From Cladosporium halotolerans (lineage: Eukaryota): a DNA stretch of 64,000 bases. This document shows positions 26,890 to 38,038 of the stretch, one piece after another (position 1 is the first letter of the stretch; every line of letters starts with the position of its first letter). The stretch is taken from contig NW_027191471.1 of NCBI RefSeq assembly GCF_011745625.1, positions 372,001 to 436,000 of the forward strand. The letters run 5' to 3'. Under the pieces are notes generated by a model. It was not told the DNA's origin and searched no databases. It saw only the letters and a program-made list of their open reading frames with translations. The position numbers and the translations under genes were made by a program.

Positions 26890-27465
26890 CTCTGGGAGAG
26901 CCTGATATGTTCACTCTTTCAGAACGCGTCGTAGTGATTGCGTCTGGATGAGCCTTCTCTCCGTGGAGATAGAATCTGTGAGGTACTACCTTTTATCTCA
27001 AAGTTTCGAGACCGCATGACTACCTGGAGAGCGTTCTACAATCACTGAAATTGAACACGTCGTACGTACGACCTTTCACGTCAAAGTTTCGAGACAGACT
27101 TACTTCCTGGAGAGCCTTCTGTATTAACTGGACTCGAATATGTCGCGAGTACTACCTGTGACTTCAACGTATCGAGACCGCGTTACTGCCCGGAGAGCCT
27201 TTCATTGACCAAATTTGGACATGTCGCATCGTATTACCTTTCACTTCAACTTTTCGAGACCGCATTACTACCCGGAGAGCCTTCTACATTGACTGGACTG
27301 AAACACGTCGTGATCTTCCAATTGATGATCTATGAATACATCTTGTCTCCGGAGCAATAAGAAGCTGTAACGTACTACCATCTCTACCAGACAATCGACC
27401 CCGAGCTACCCCCCAGAGAGTCTTCTATATCGACTGGACTTGAACATGTTCGTGATCTTCCAGTG
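26890..27465. repeat. Degenerate tandem array with 82-83-bp period
   Basis: TCGAGAC at 27006, 27089, 27172 and 27254; GGAGAG at 27026, 27109, 27191 and 27274; partial copies on both flanks. Confidence 0.85.
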
Positions 27466-28226
27466 CCTACAAACTTGCGAATGAGAAGTGGGCCACGGGA
27501 TGCCAGAGCGGGTCGCGCAAGTAATAGCAGGGGTTTGATTTGCACGTGAATATCGCCGGAAGCCGGCGGCGGCGCGCTAAGAGCCTTAGCCGCCCTGGCA
27601 TCTCGATCAATGAGCTCATCGTGCATGTGAGCGTAATCCATCTCCCAATTGCGCGCTGCTCATTCGCGCGCGTGCAAACACTGCCGTCTGACATCTTACT
27701 CTGGACTGTGGTGAGATAAAACTATCGTGTTCCGCGGATGGCAGGAGAACGCCGCAATGGCACGTCGCAGGATATTGCAGCAGGCGGGGGTGTGGAACAG
27801 CGCCCAGCCCCGTGGTGCAACGCGCGCGGGTTGCCAGAGCGCCTGTAAACAGCGCAGAGTGGCAGAGTGCAGCCAAGCCGGTTAGCTGGGCGGGCAATCC
27901 TGTTCCTCACGACCCTCCCAGCCTTGCGACCCAAACCTTACCGCGAGGATCTCCTGTAGCTTGCCTGAACGGGAGCTGCTCAGCTCGGATATATCTGCAC
28001 CCTTCGTTCCTTTGCCTCGTGCCACCAAGCGTCTCCCCACTACTACCGCCAGGCCACTTTCCTTGACCTCGACGCGCGCCTCTACCTAATCCCTGTCGAG
28101 TCCGTCGCTGACATTCCTTCTCCTCGCCCGTCCACTCGACCTTTACAACACCCATACACATCCGTTCGCACATAACACTTCCCTTCGCAATTGACACCCC
28201 ACGCGCCCGTCGCGTCTAATCATACA

Positions 28227-30443
28227 ATGGCGACTGTTGCGCCGCAAGCCGTGGACCAGGGCGCCGTCCCCTACACCAATGGCACCTCTGCCCCTACCCT
28301 GCCCGCGACAAACGGCACATCCGCTCCCGTCATGCCCACCGAGCCGACCAACGCCGCCAACACCACCGGCACTGGCGTTGGCAATGGTCCCGAGGTCGTC
28401 AGCACCTCCAATGGACTCGAAGTCATCTGTGGACCGCTGCTGAACTACAGGCGTATGAGCGCGGAGAACACGGACAACCCGATCTGGCATGGTAGTGTGC
28501 TTCTCGTGTGCACCCCAGGCAACGCCCCCGGCAAGCTTACGCTGCAGTCGGGCGAGTCCTCGATCGCGAGTCAGCCTCAGCAGTACCAGGGCACGAAGCT
28601 GTACGAGGACGAGAAGAGTGCTTTCTGGCAGTTCTCCATCGAGGTGCCGTTCTTGGAGCAAGAGTCCGTCTGGCAGTACAGCATACCGAGCATGAGGACA
28701 AAGGCCGGCCAGCCCGTCGACAAGCCGCTCAGGTTTTTCCTTCCCTCCAAGTACGAGAGCATGCGCATCATGTTCCACTCCTGCAACGGTTTCTCCGTGG
28801 GAACTGACGAGGATGCTTGGTCGGGTCCGGCGCTGTGGAACGATGTGCTGCGTGTGCACGCCGAGCGTCCGTTCCATGTCATGATTGGAGGTGGCGACCA
28901 GATCTACAACGACAGCGTTCGTGTCGACGGTCCATTGAAGCCCTGGACGGCCATCAGCAACCCTGAGAAGCGCCGTCACTTCCCCTTCCCGGAGGAGATG
29001 CGTGCGCAGTGCGACCAGTACTATTTTGACAACTACGTGAAGTGGTACGGCATGGCGCCCTTCTCTAACGCCAACGGCCAGATCGCGCAGTTGAACATCT
29101 GGGACGACCACGACATCATTGACGGTTTCGGCTCGTACACCGACCACTTCATGAAGTGCCCTGTCTTCCGCGGCATTGGCGGTGTCGCACACAAGTACTA
29201 CATGCTCTTCCAGCACCACCTGCCCCCGCCCGTGAGCACTTACACCACGGACGCACCGCAGACCACGGGAGGCCACAACAAGTCCACACCTGGCGACCCT
29301 GCCCAGCTGCAGAAGTCCTACGTCGCGAAGCTCGATGTTGAGGATCCCAGCTACATCATCGGCAAGAAGCCCGGTCCGTACGTCGAAGAGCGTAGCAGAC
29401 ACATCTTCTGCCAGCTTGGCAAGCGCATGGCTTTCCTGGGTATCGATGCTCGTACTGAGCGCACGCGCCACCAGATCAACTATCCCGAGACTTACGAGCA
29501 GATCTGGAACCACGTTGACCAGCAGGTCACCAAGTCCAACGGCGGTATTCGCCACCTGATCTTGTTGCTCGGTGTCCCCATCGCTTACCCGCGTCTGCAA
29601 TGGCTCGAGAACATCCTCCGCTCTCCCGTCATCGCTCCTCTCCGTCTGCTCAACAAGCGCTTCGGTGTGGCCGGCAGCTTCTTCAACCAGTTCGACGGTG
29701 GCGTCGATCTCCTCGATGACCTAGACGACCACTACACGGCCGGCCAGCACAAGAAGGAGCGCAAGGAGATCGTCCACCGCCTCCAGGGCCTCGCCAAGAA
29801 GCATTCGATGCGCATCAGCATCCTCGGCGGCGACGTCCACCTCGCCGCCCTCGGCCGCTTCTACTCCAAGCCCGAGCTCAACATCCCCGCCGAAGCCGAC
29901 TGGCGCTACATGCCCAACATCGTCAGCAGCGCCATCACCAACAAGCCGCCGCCGACCGCCGTCGCCAACCTGCTCGCGAGGCGCAACAAAATCCACCACC
30001 TCGACCACGAGACCCACGAGACCCTCCTCGAGCTCTTCAACAAGAACCCCGGCGCCGGCGAGCCGGGCGTCAAGCCCAAGTCCGCCGACAACAACCACGC
30101 CACCATGCCCAGCAGGAACTACGCCATCATCACCGAGTCCAACCCGCACTCCGCGCCCGGCGTCAACGGCGCCACGGTCCACGCCCCCAACGGCGACAGC
30201 ACCACTTTCACCGCCCCCAAGAACCCCCGCGAGCCCCTGCACGCCGGCGAGCAGGGCGCCGGCACCGAGCACGCTGCTGCTTCCGGTGTCAAGCGCACGG
30301 GTCTCATGGGCGTCGACGGCCTGGACGTCTGCATCCGCGTCGAGAAGAACCCGAGCGATCGCGAGGGCCACACGGAAGGCTATGGGTTCAGTATCCCGGC
30401 GCTGGAGGTTGCGGGATACAAGGGGCAGGGCGACAAGTGGTGA
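28227..30443 (+). CDS. PhoD-like metallophosphatase
   Basis: FHSCNG, GGGDQIYND, IWDDHDIIDGFGSY and LGGDVH metal-ligand motifs; no signal peptide. Confidence 0.88.
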   Translation: MATVAPQAVDQGAVPYTNGTSAPTLPATNGTSAPVMPTEPTNAANTTGTGVGNGPEVVSTSNGLEVICGPLLNYRRMSAENTDNPIWHGSVLLVCTPGNAPGKLTLQSGESSIASQPQQYQGTKLYEDEKSAFWQFSIEVPFLEQESVWQYSIPSMRTKAGQPVDKPLRFFLPSKYESMRIMFHSCNGFSVGTDEDAWSGPALWNDVLRVHAERPFHVMIGGGDQIYNDSVRVDGPLKPWTAISNPEKRRHFPFPEEMRAQCDQYYFDNYVKWYGMAPFSNANGQIAQLNIWDDHDIIDGFGSYTDHFMKCPVFRGIGGVAHKYYMLFQHHLPPPVSTYTTDAPQTTGGHNKSTPGDPAQLQKSYVAKLDVEDPSYIIGKKPGPYVEERSRHIFCQLGKRMAFLGIDARTERTRHQINYPETYEQIWNHVDQQVTKSNGGIRHLILLLGVPIAYPRLQWLENILRSPVIAPLRLLNKRFGVAGSFFNQFDGGVDLLDDLDDHYTAGQHKKERKEIVHRLQGLAKKHSMRISILGGDVHLAALGRFYSKPELNIPAEADWRYMPNIVSSAITNKPPPTAVANLLARRNKIHHLDHETHETLLELFNKNPGAGEPGVKPKSADNNHATMPSRNYAIITESNPHSAPGVNGATVHAPNGDSTTFTAPKNPREPLHAGEQGAGTEHAAASGVKRTGLMGVDGLDVCIRVEKNPSDREGHTEGYGFSIPALEVAGYKGQGDKW

Positions 30444-30779
30444 ACGTAGTTCAAGGCAGTTTTGCTTCCTTTTGTTGATTTGTTTTGTTTTTTTGTCGGA
30501 ATTGTTCGTTTTGGGATGGTTTGGTGGGATACCCAATTGTTCGTTTGTTTGTTGTTTCTCTTCGATACTCAACTACTAATATCGTCCGCTCGCTGTTGGA
30601 TCGAAAGTTTTGCAAGAGCAGAGGAGAAAATTGTACTTTTGCTTTCTGATTTGCGGTGTCGGCAGGTAGGACAGTCTGAGGTAATACTTTGTGTATAATA
30701 GTATCTTCCGAAAAGCAAGTTTCCTTTCCACTGGGTCCAATCACCACTCCACCGAACGATAACTCCCCGACACGACGGC

Positions 30780-32259
30780 CTAGTGCGGCACGTTCCCCAA
30801 AAACACAACGAGCACCGCGCAATACCTGTCCACCGATTCAGTCAGCCGTGCCCATCCAACCTCCATCCATTCCCCAGCCCTCAAATCAAGACAAAGGAAG
30901 ATAAGAAAGCCCACTCACGCAGCAGCAGCCCCCAGCACCTCATGCCTCCTCGCCCGCGTGCACGCAGCCAACACAGCACAAAACAGCAGCGTGCTGACCA
31001 GCACGATCCCCACGCACAGCCCGCCGCGCCCGCGCCCGCGCCCGTTCTCACGGCTCACGGTGCTGAAGAGCAGCCAGATGGGGATCGCGAGCAGCGCGCC
31101 GACGAGCGAGGTCAGGAGCAGGCTGGCGCAGAAGTCGATGCGCGAGGGCGTGTAGTAGCGTTCTTGGCTGTGGCTGGAGCGATATTTGAGGTGCGTTTCC
31201 TGTGAGGGGCGGGTTAGGGGTTGGGGTCGGAGGGGGGAGGGGGAGGGAGGGGAGGAAGTACGGGGGAGCAGAAGATGCGCTGTCGTTGGGTTAGTGAGCT
31301 GACGCGAGAGTAGAGGACGATGGTCGGCGTACGTTAATGAACGGAAAGGGTCTCTGGAGGATGTGGATGGATCGCTCGATGCGGCGGTCGAGCCATGCGT
31401 GGTCACGGCCGGGTCGCAGGGTGATGAGGTCTTCTTTATACTGGAGGTAATCCATCTCTTCGTCTACGAGTGGCTTATTATTGCGCAGGTACATGCGCAC
31501 AGCGTTGTACTCGGAGGCGGAGGGGCGGTTGGAGGCTTCCAGATGCTGAGCGGAAGTGAGGACGGTGGCTGAGGATAGCTTAGTGTTGGCCTCAGTGGAA
31601 AGGGAATGGTCATTTACTCTGACCATAGGAATTAAAGGCCTTTTCGATCTGCTCAAGAAGCTCTCCGCGAGTCGCTAGCTCATCGGGCAAGAGGGTCCGG
31701 GTAACGCTGTTACTGATGTTCTGGCGATCGTATTCGTCGAGCTTGCATTCCAGCACTCTCAGCACGTCTTGCTTTTCGAGCAGGAGCCGACTCTGTAGGT
31801 AGGCAAAGCGCCGGTATAGAGAAAAGCAGTCGCTGCTGCTTTGAAATGCAGCTAGGTTAGGATATCCGACACGGAAGTCGTCCACTTGGTGTCATTGAGT
31901 TACTCGATTTGCCTTTCTTCGCCCGCCGAGAGAGCAGACATAGGGCGTGGGACGTACATGATCGCACTTTCAGCTCTCCCAAAGGTCTTTTCCACTGGCT
32001 GGCCCAGTATCTGCTCAGTAGGGCGACCGGAGACTGCAGGTGGCTTGGTAGTTTGGGTGCTACTGCTCTCGATCAGCGCCTGGGTGTAAAGTCCATGCTC
32101 TCGTCGATCATGACCTTGTTCATTAGACTGATTTCCGATCTTTCCAGGCTGGCGCGCGTGGTTCCGATCGTTCGAATGCGGTGGGTCTGTGGTGTCTGCC
32201 GGAGAGATACAGTCCGAAACAGCACATTTCTCAATATCGAAATCCTCGACACTCGTCAT
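30780..32259 (-). CDS. DUF6594-like multi-TM membrane protein, multi-exon
   Basis: Spliced N-terminal ELKVRSLDDFRVGYPNLAAF...YRRFAYLQSRLLLEKQD, then YLQYKEDLITL, then C-terminal TM helices ending TRARRHEVLGAAAA|YCAVLVVFL. Canonical introns keep the frame (last intron 30826..30918). Confidence 0.8.
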
Positions 32260-32389
32260 CTCGAACCGGTCCCGCAGCAAAGCACAGATGTCGAAGAAAA
32301 GGGTACGAGTATGTAGAGATCTAATATCACCAGCACCCTTCATCACGAGCTATGTGCGCCTTGTTACACAATTCATCAAGGACAGCGCG

Positions 32390-32959
32390 TCAGTGACGCT
32401 TCTGACCAGTGCCTGCGGGACGGTGCAACAGCCGACGCCACCATCGCTCTTGGGCCCTCTCGTGCTCTTCTTGCGCCTTTTCTTGTAGAACTCTCGCCTC
32501 TTCCTCTCTAGCTCTCGCCTCTTCTTGTCGAATTCTCGCCTCCTCTTCTCGAGCTCTCGCCTCTGCCTCCCGGGTCCTCACTTCTTGCTCTTCCGCTCCC
32601 ACCGCTCCCACCTCGTCCTGTCGAGGATGAGCAAGCAAAGCGCCCTGAATGTCCGTGAACGGCCGACCATTGGCGTCTCTCAACTCATACACCATCCTGC
32701 CAGTCTGCTTATCGTAATCTCTGGCGTGTACAGTCAAAATGGGTGATTCCGTCTCGCTCATCCGGTACCTTACTTGGTCGCCTATGTTCCACACCCTCTA
32801 CTCGATATAAGTTAGCTCTGTCCGTGTCGGCATAACCGAGAACATCAACCACACACGCACAGGTGCTGGATTCTTTGCGCGTATCACGGTGTCGCGCCAT
32901 TGCGGCCATTCACGTAGCGCAGGCTGTGCGGGATCATGACCGTTGCTGTCCCCTGTCAT
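32390..32959 (-). CDS. Small protein (about 168 aa): Tudor/SH3-like beta-barrel plus heptad-repeat coiled coil; complement(join(32390..32797,32861..32959))
   Basis: ATG 32959; intron GTGCGT..GCTAAC..TAG; WNIGDQVRYR...LTVHARDY...MVYELRDANG; AREEEAR-type repeats. Confidence 0.6.
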
Positions 32960-33620
32960 CTTGACGTCGCCTTACGGAGGCTTGTTCCTCGAGGCTGAGT
33001 GGCCAGTGTGTCCTGCTGCCGCCTGATCTGTGAGGCTATGAAGTCACGCTGCTGTGAGGCGAGGCAGTTGCGACAGGACGACACGGCACGCCGCATGATA
33101 TCCGTAGACTGGCTGATTGCTGGACCAATCTGTTCGCTTTGGCTTAGAGCAGCAAACGACGAGTCACCGGCTGGTTGGGTCACAAACCTGCAGGCTGGCG
33201 GTGCTGGAGACGCAAAGCGTGGCGGTGCCTGCGAGCTGGTTCTTTCGTCTCGGCAAATGCTCTCGCTAAGGCTGCATGACTTCACTGTCGTTCATAGGGC
33301 AGATATCGGTCGGCTGACACATCTTCAGGTCTTGAATCACTGGTTTGCCCTGTCTTCTGTCTTTGAGCTGTCTTTCTTCCACGATGCCTGCCTTTAGCTA
33401 GCGAGACTTACGAAATTGCCTTCAACCAGACAAATCTGGGCCATGAACACTGAGCACAAGCAAAGCGCGCAGTCACTGTTTGACCGCGATGTTTCTCATC
33501 TCTCTTCCGCCCCATAAAATGAATGGGATCACAAGCTCTCGCGCTACACCGACCCAAACCGGCGTAACCCACCGCGCCGCAAACACCCAAAGTGGCATCG
33601 CGACAGATCTGGGAGCGGGT

Positions 33621-34902
33621 GATGGGGACTGCCTCGTCACCCAGAAAATACAAGAAGACATCCGTGCTCATCCTCGGCTGGGCGGAAGGAAGCGATGACA
33701 CAGGGACTGCTGAAGAGGTGAGATCCGCGCCCTTGACTGTGTTACTTGAGGCTCGGACCGAAGAAGCTGACTCGTGCCAGCTCATACCGTTGCAAGAAGT
33801 GCTCCACGACCTCTATCATTTCTCTGTGCGCTACGAGCGCATGCACCTGCAGACGCACCCGCAGGTCCAGGCGACGAAGCACGTGGCGGAGTTCATGCTC
33901 GACGAGGACGGGCCGGGGAACTTGCTCATCGTGTACTACGCCGGACACGGCTCGGCGGAGAGGACGAGCACCGGGCGGCTGCGGCTCAGCGGTCGCTTTC
34001 CGTGCTCGGAGGAGGAGAAAGATATGAGCGTTGACTGGACGGATGTGGAGAGCACGCTTGCGAAGGCGCGGTCGGATGTTCTTGTGATTTTCGACTGCTG
34101 TCATGCAGGGCTGCTCTGCTGTCCGGCGACTCGTGGGCATCGGCGCAAGTTTCAGTATGTCGCGGCGTGCAAGGCTGACCAAAGGACGGCGAGTGCGGGT
34201 CGCAGGTCGTTTACGTCCGCGACGATCTGGGCGCTGAAGCAGTTGACAGATAGGCCTGGGTTCACGGTAACGAAGCTGGTGCAGACGCTCTTGCGGTGTG
34301 AGCATTTTCCGCTCTATCAACAAGAGGTTGTCGTCTATCCTAGCCGCTTCGGACCTGCCGAGGAAGACATCTGGCTTGCGCCGATGACAGAGAGACGCAG
34401 TGACGGTCAAGATGCACCAGACACTAACCTTTCGAGCGACGAAAGGACCGATAACTTACCGACGGCGGATATTCTGGATTTACGCTTGCACTTCTCCGAC
34501 CATGCGACGGCTGCTCACATCGAAGACACAGCCCAGGCGCTGCGAAATTTCCTCGAGACTTCTCAAGATCTCCATTTCCATCGCGTCTCGTTCTTGGATC
34601 ACACATCGTACGTGCAATGGTGCGCAAGGCATTGGCTCGGACAGACGCGCAGGGCAAGATCAACAAGTGAGGGCATGGCGCGTGCACAAGCGGCTTCCGA
34701 CCTCATTGGTACCTCAGCCGCAGACAAGGATGGTGGCCAACAGACGGATTTTTCATCCAAAAGCGATGCGGCTGTCGCGAAGGATTCTGGCATTGCTGCA
34801 ATATTTCATCATGTCGGCATGGCGCTTGGCCTTTGCTTCGGCACCTTGCAGCCGGTGCCCGCGTGGCATTCAACGGCGTTCGTGGTGACAAGGGTGGTTT
34901 GA
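33621..34902 (+). CDS. Caspase-like (clan CD, peptidase C14-like) cysteine protease; intron 33718..33780; 5' end uncertain
   Basis: YKKTSVLILGW beta-1 strand; LLIVYYAGHG (His at 33946) and VLVIFDCCHAG (Cys at about 34096) dyad; downstream AAC and SFT motifs. Confidence 0.8.
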
Positions 34903-36123
34903 TGTGGAGTCTCGAATGATCTTTCCGTAGAGGTGGATTATTGTCTAGAGTAGAGCTGGGGTTGCGAAAAGGTGCAGATGACGTTCGCCGTCGGAGGCTA
35001 TTCCGACAAATTTGAAGGCGACGACGAGCTGATGGCCGGTATAATGAAACAGAGGGCGGTTGATCAGTATGTGAAGTGATGTGCCTAGCCTCCCGCCATT
35101 CCAGCCCTAAAGTTTCCGTGTACATAGATAGGCAGGTGGAGACTTTCAGCCCGCGGCCCGTGCGTCGGCAACCGTGGATGGACGTCGCATGTCAGACTAG
35201 CTGCATAGCTTATTGCACACCTTATGCAAGCAGCACGTTCACTCCCCTGTGTGAGAGCACGCGAGGGCAGGGCTACCGTGAGCCCCGTACTAGCATCTCG
35301 TTACTCTGGCATGCGAGCCCTATCCCCCAAACATCCTCAGAGCCTCCCTCCCACTATTCCCGACACCAACACCGGCGCCCGCCAGAGTCATATTTTTAGG
35401 GCGGCTTCAATCTCTCGCTACGCCCGCCCTAAGCCCGAAGCAGCGCGAAGGATCGCAGGGGCGAGCGCGGGTTGGCTGGGGCCTGTCCGCGCAGATGGCA
35501 GCTGAGGTTTAGGCCGGTTGGCTGCCTGCACCTCACGCCTTCGCTTCGCCCTCGACTCCACACCCTCGCACCAACACCGCCGCCCGCAGCCTGCGCTCCC
35601 AGACACCAGGCACACCTCCGGCGCCGTATGCGGTGGCGCCGCTACACTTCTGCGACGTTGTGGACGCGCGCGCCTCGCGGCCGCGGCCAGCTGACGGCGG
35701 TGGCAGATGGCGCTGGTCTCGCGACACCCCATCAGGCCACCGTCCGCGCCCTCTCCCTCTGCGCCTGCAGGGTGTGTTGCTGCTTGCAGCCTCAGCTGGC
35801 GTCTGGCCCCCACAAGACTAGCAACTAGGTAGTAGACATCAACCTTACTCACCGGTGGCGCGGCGCGCTGAAAGATGCATGTCGCCCACGCACTCCTTCC
35901 GCTGGTCGGCCGTCTTACTCACGCCCTTTTCTGCCTAGTCCTCTTGATCCTTCTCGTGCTCCAGTGACCTGTTCCTCTTTCTTCACAAACTGTCTTACGC
36001 TTTCCTGCATCCCTCCTCCAACAGTCCTAGAAGAAAGAATTACACTGAGACAGAAAACATCCACCACCCTATATCTCACCCCGTGACCTGCCTCCCACCC
36101 TGACCTGACCACAACCCACCACC

Positions 36124-37471
36124 ATGTCGTTCCTCGGCGACGAAGAATGGGCCTACCGCCCCCGCCGCCCCTCAGCCCGCCACCAGCACGCCGTCAGCGG
36201 CTACCACCTGGACCCCAACGCCCACTACCGCCGCGAACCCTCCGGCAGCCTGCAACGCACGCGCTCGACCGGCCACTCGCCAGCGCCCATCGTGAACGTC
36301 TACAACGACGTCTACCAAGACGCCAATCTGCGCGCGGACTCGCACTCGCCACCCGTCATCCCCATCCCGCCCTACAACCACACGCCCGACTTCCGCGGCC
36401 GCCGCCTCGGCGACCAGCTGGCCGACGAGCTGGCCGAGATGCGCCTGGAGCGGCGCATGCGGTCGCGCAGCCGCGGGCGCAGCGATGCGAGCTCGAGCTC
36501 CGGCCGCGGCGGCCGGAGCGACTACTACCGGCACGAGATGGACCGGCTGGAGCGCGAGAAGCGCGAGATCGAGCAGCGCGAGGCGTGGAAGAAGGAGGAG
36601 GCGCGGATCAAAGCCGACATTGAAATCAAGCGGTTGAAAGACGAGGCGAAGCGGGCCGAGAACGATGCGGCGCAGGCAGCGGAGAAGAAGCGCGTGATCG
36701 AGGAGTATGAGCGCAAGCAGCGGGAGGCGAAGGAGAAAGCGAAGGAGGAGGAGCTAAGGATCATTGAGAAGATGGAGCGCGATAAGCGCGAGGCGAAGGA
36801 GGAGGAGAAGAGGCTTATGGAGAAGATCGAGCGGGAGAAGCGCGAGGAGAAGGAGCGCGAGGAGCGCGAGTGGGCGGAGTTCGAGCGAAAGCGGAAAGAG
36901 AAGCAGGAGAAAGAGGAGCGCGAGAAGAAGGAGGCGCAGGAGAAACTCGACGAAGCGATGCGCAAACGGCTTGCCGAGAAAGGTTTCACGCATTCGCAGA
37001 TCGAAGCCATTATGGACAAGGAGAAGGCGGCCAACAAATCCACTACAAAAATCACCACAACGACGACAACGACCTCCCGTGCTCTGGCGCCACTCAACTC
37101 CCACGTCCCCGTCTACGCCAAAATCCACGTCAACTACCTCTCCACCGAAACTCTGCGCTACTACGACATCCCCTGGGAATACGACCGCGTAAGCCCATCC
37201 ACTTTCCAACTCCATCCTTTTGCCACCTCACTAATTCGCATAACAGAACGACCCCTCCTACATCATCATCCTGCGCGAGATGAGCAAGCACGAGACGAAC
37301 GTGCTCTTCGACCACACGAAAGCGCTGCGCGCCGGCCGCCTGCTGCTCGACGCGCCTAGCGAGAAGAAGCCCGAGTACGCGTGGTACCGCAAGCGCGACC
37401 GCAGCAAGAGCCGCGTGCGCGACGGCGGCGGCGAGTGGAAGAAGTTTGGCATTTTGGAGATCAAGCGGTGA
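36124..37471 (+). CDS. Conserved fungal coiled-coil protein (DUF8035-like C-terminal motif); intron at about 37189..37247
   Basis: E/K/R coiled coil, then PVYAKIHVNYLSTETLRYYDIPWEYD|...YIIILREM...LFDHTK; strong codon bias. Confidence 0.75.
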
Positions 37472-38038
37472 TTGTCGGATGCTGAGCGTTGTTGGGCATT
37501 TACTTTCTTATTTCTGACTGCTGGAAATCTGGTCTCATTTAACAAGCAGTGCAGGGAATCATGCGGCTAGATTTGGATTGCGAAGGATTCATTTTGTTCT
37601 CATAACCTTCGCAGAAGGCACATCCGATACGAGAGCTAAACCAAGCGTTGCTCAGTGTTTTTCTGATGACTTGGGATGCCGGCTGATAGCAAAACCTGAT
37701 AAGTTGCCTGATCGAACATTTGCCACTTTCGAATCAAGAACTCAACCACTCCCAAACGTTCTCGACTTTACTACGTATACAATGCTTTGGTAGCCTGCGG
37801 CGGTGGTGATCGACAATGCACAAGAGCGTGTGACTCTACTATCGTTGAAGCACTGCTGTGTCTCCGTGTGATAAAGCACGGGGCTACTTCCACCATGGTC
37901 ATCCGACTTTTTGTTTCTCGATCAGGCCAAGACTCAGCAGTTACAACGGTTAGGGTGAATGTCGGAGCTGCCGGATCTTCGAGAGGCCATGTTTTCCCTG
38001 CCTGGATCGTCTCATCTGCAGCGATGTACCGAAGGGCT

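Noticed and set aside
26890..27465. CRISPR array
   Set aside because: The whole unit is repeated and degenerate with no unique spacers; the context is eukaryotic and there are no cas genes.
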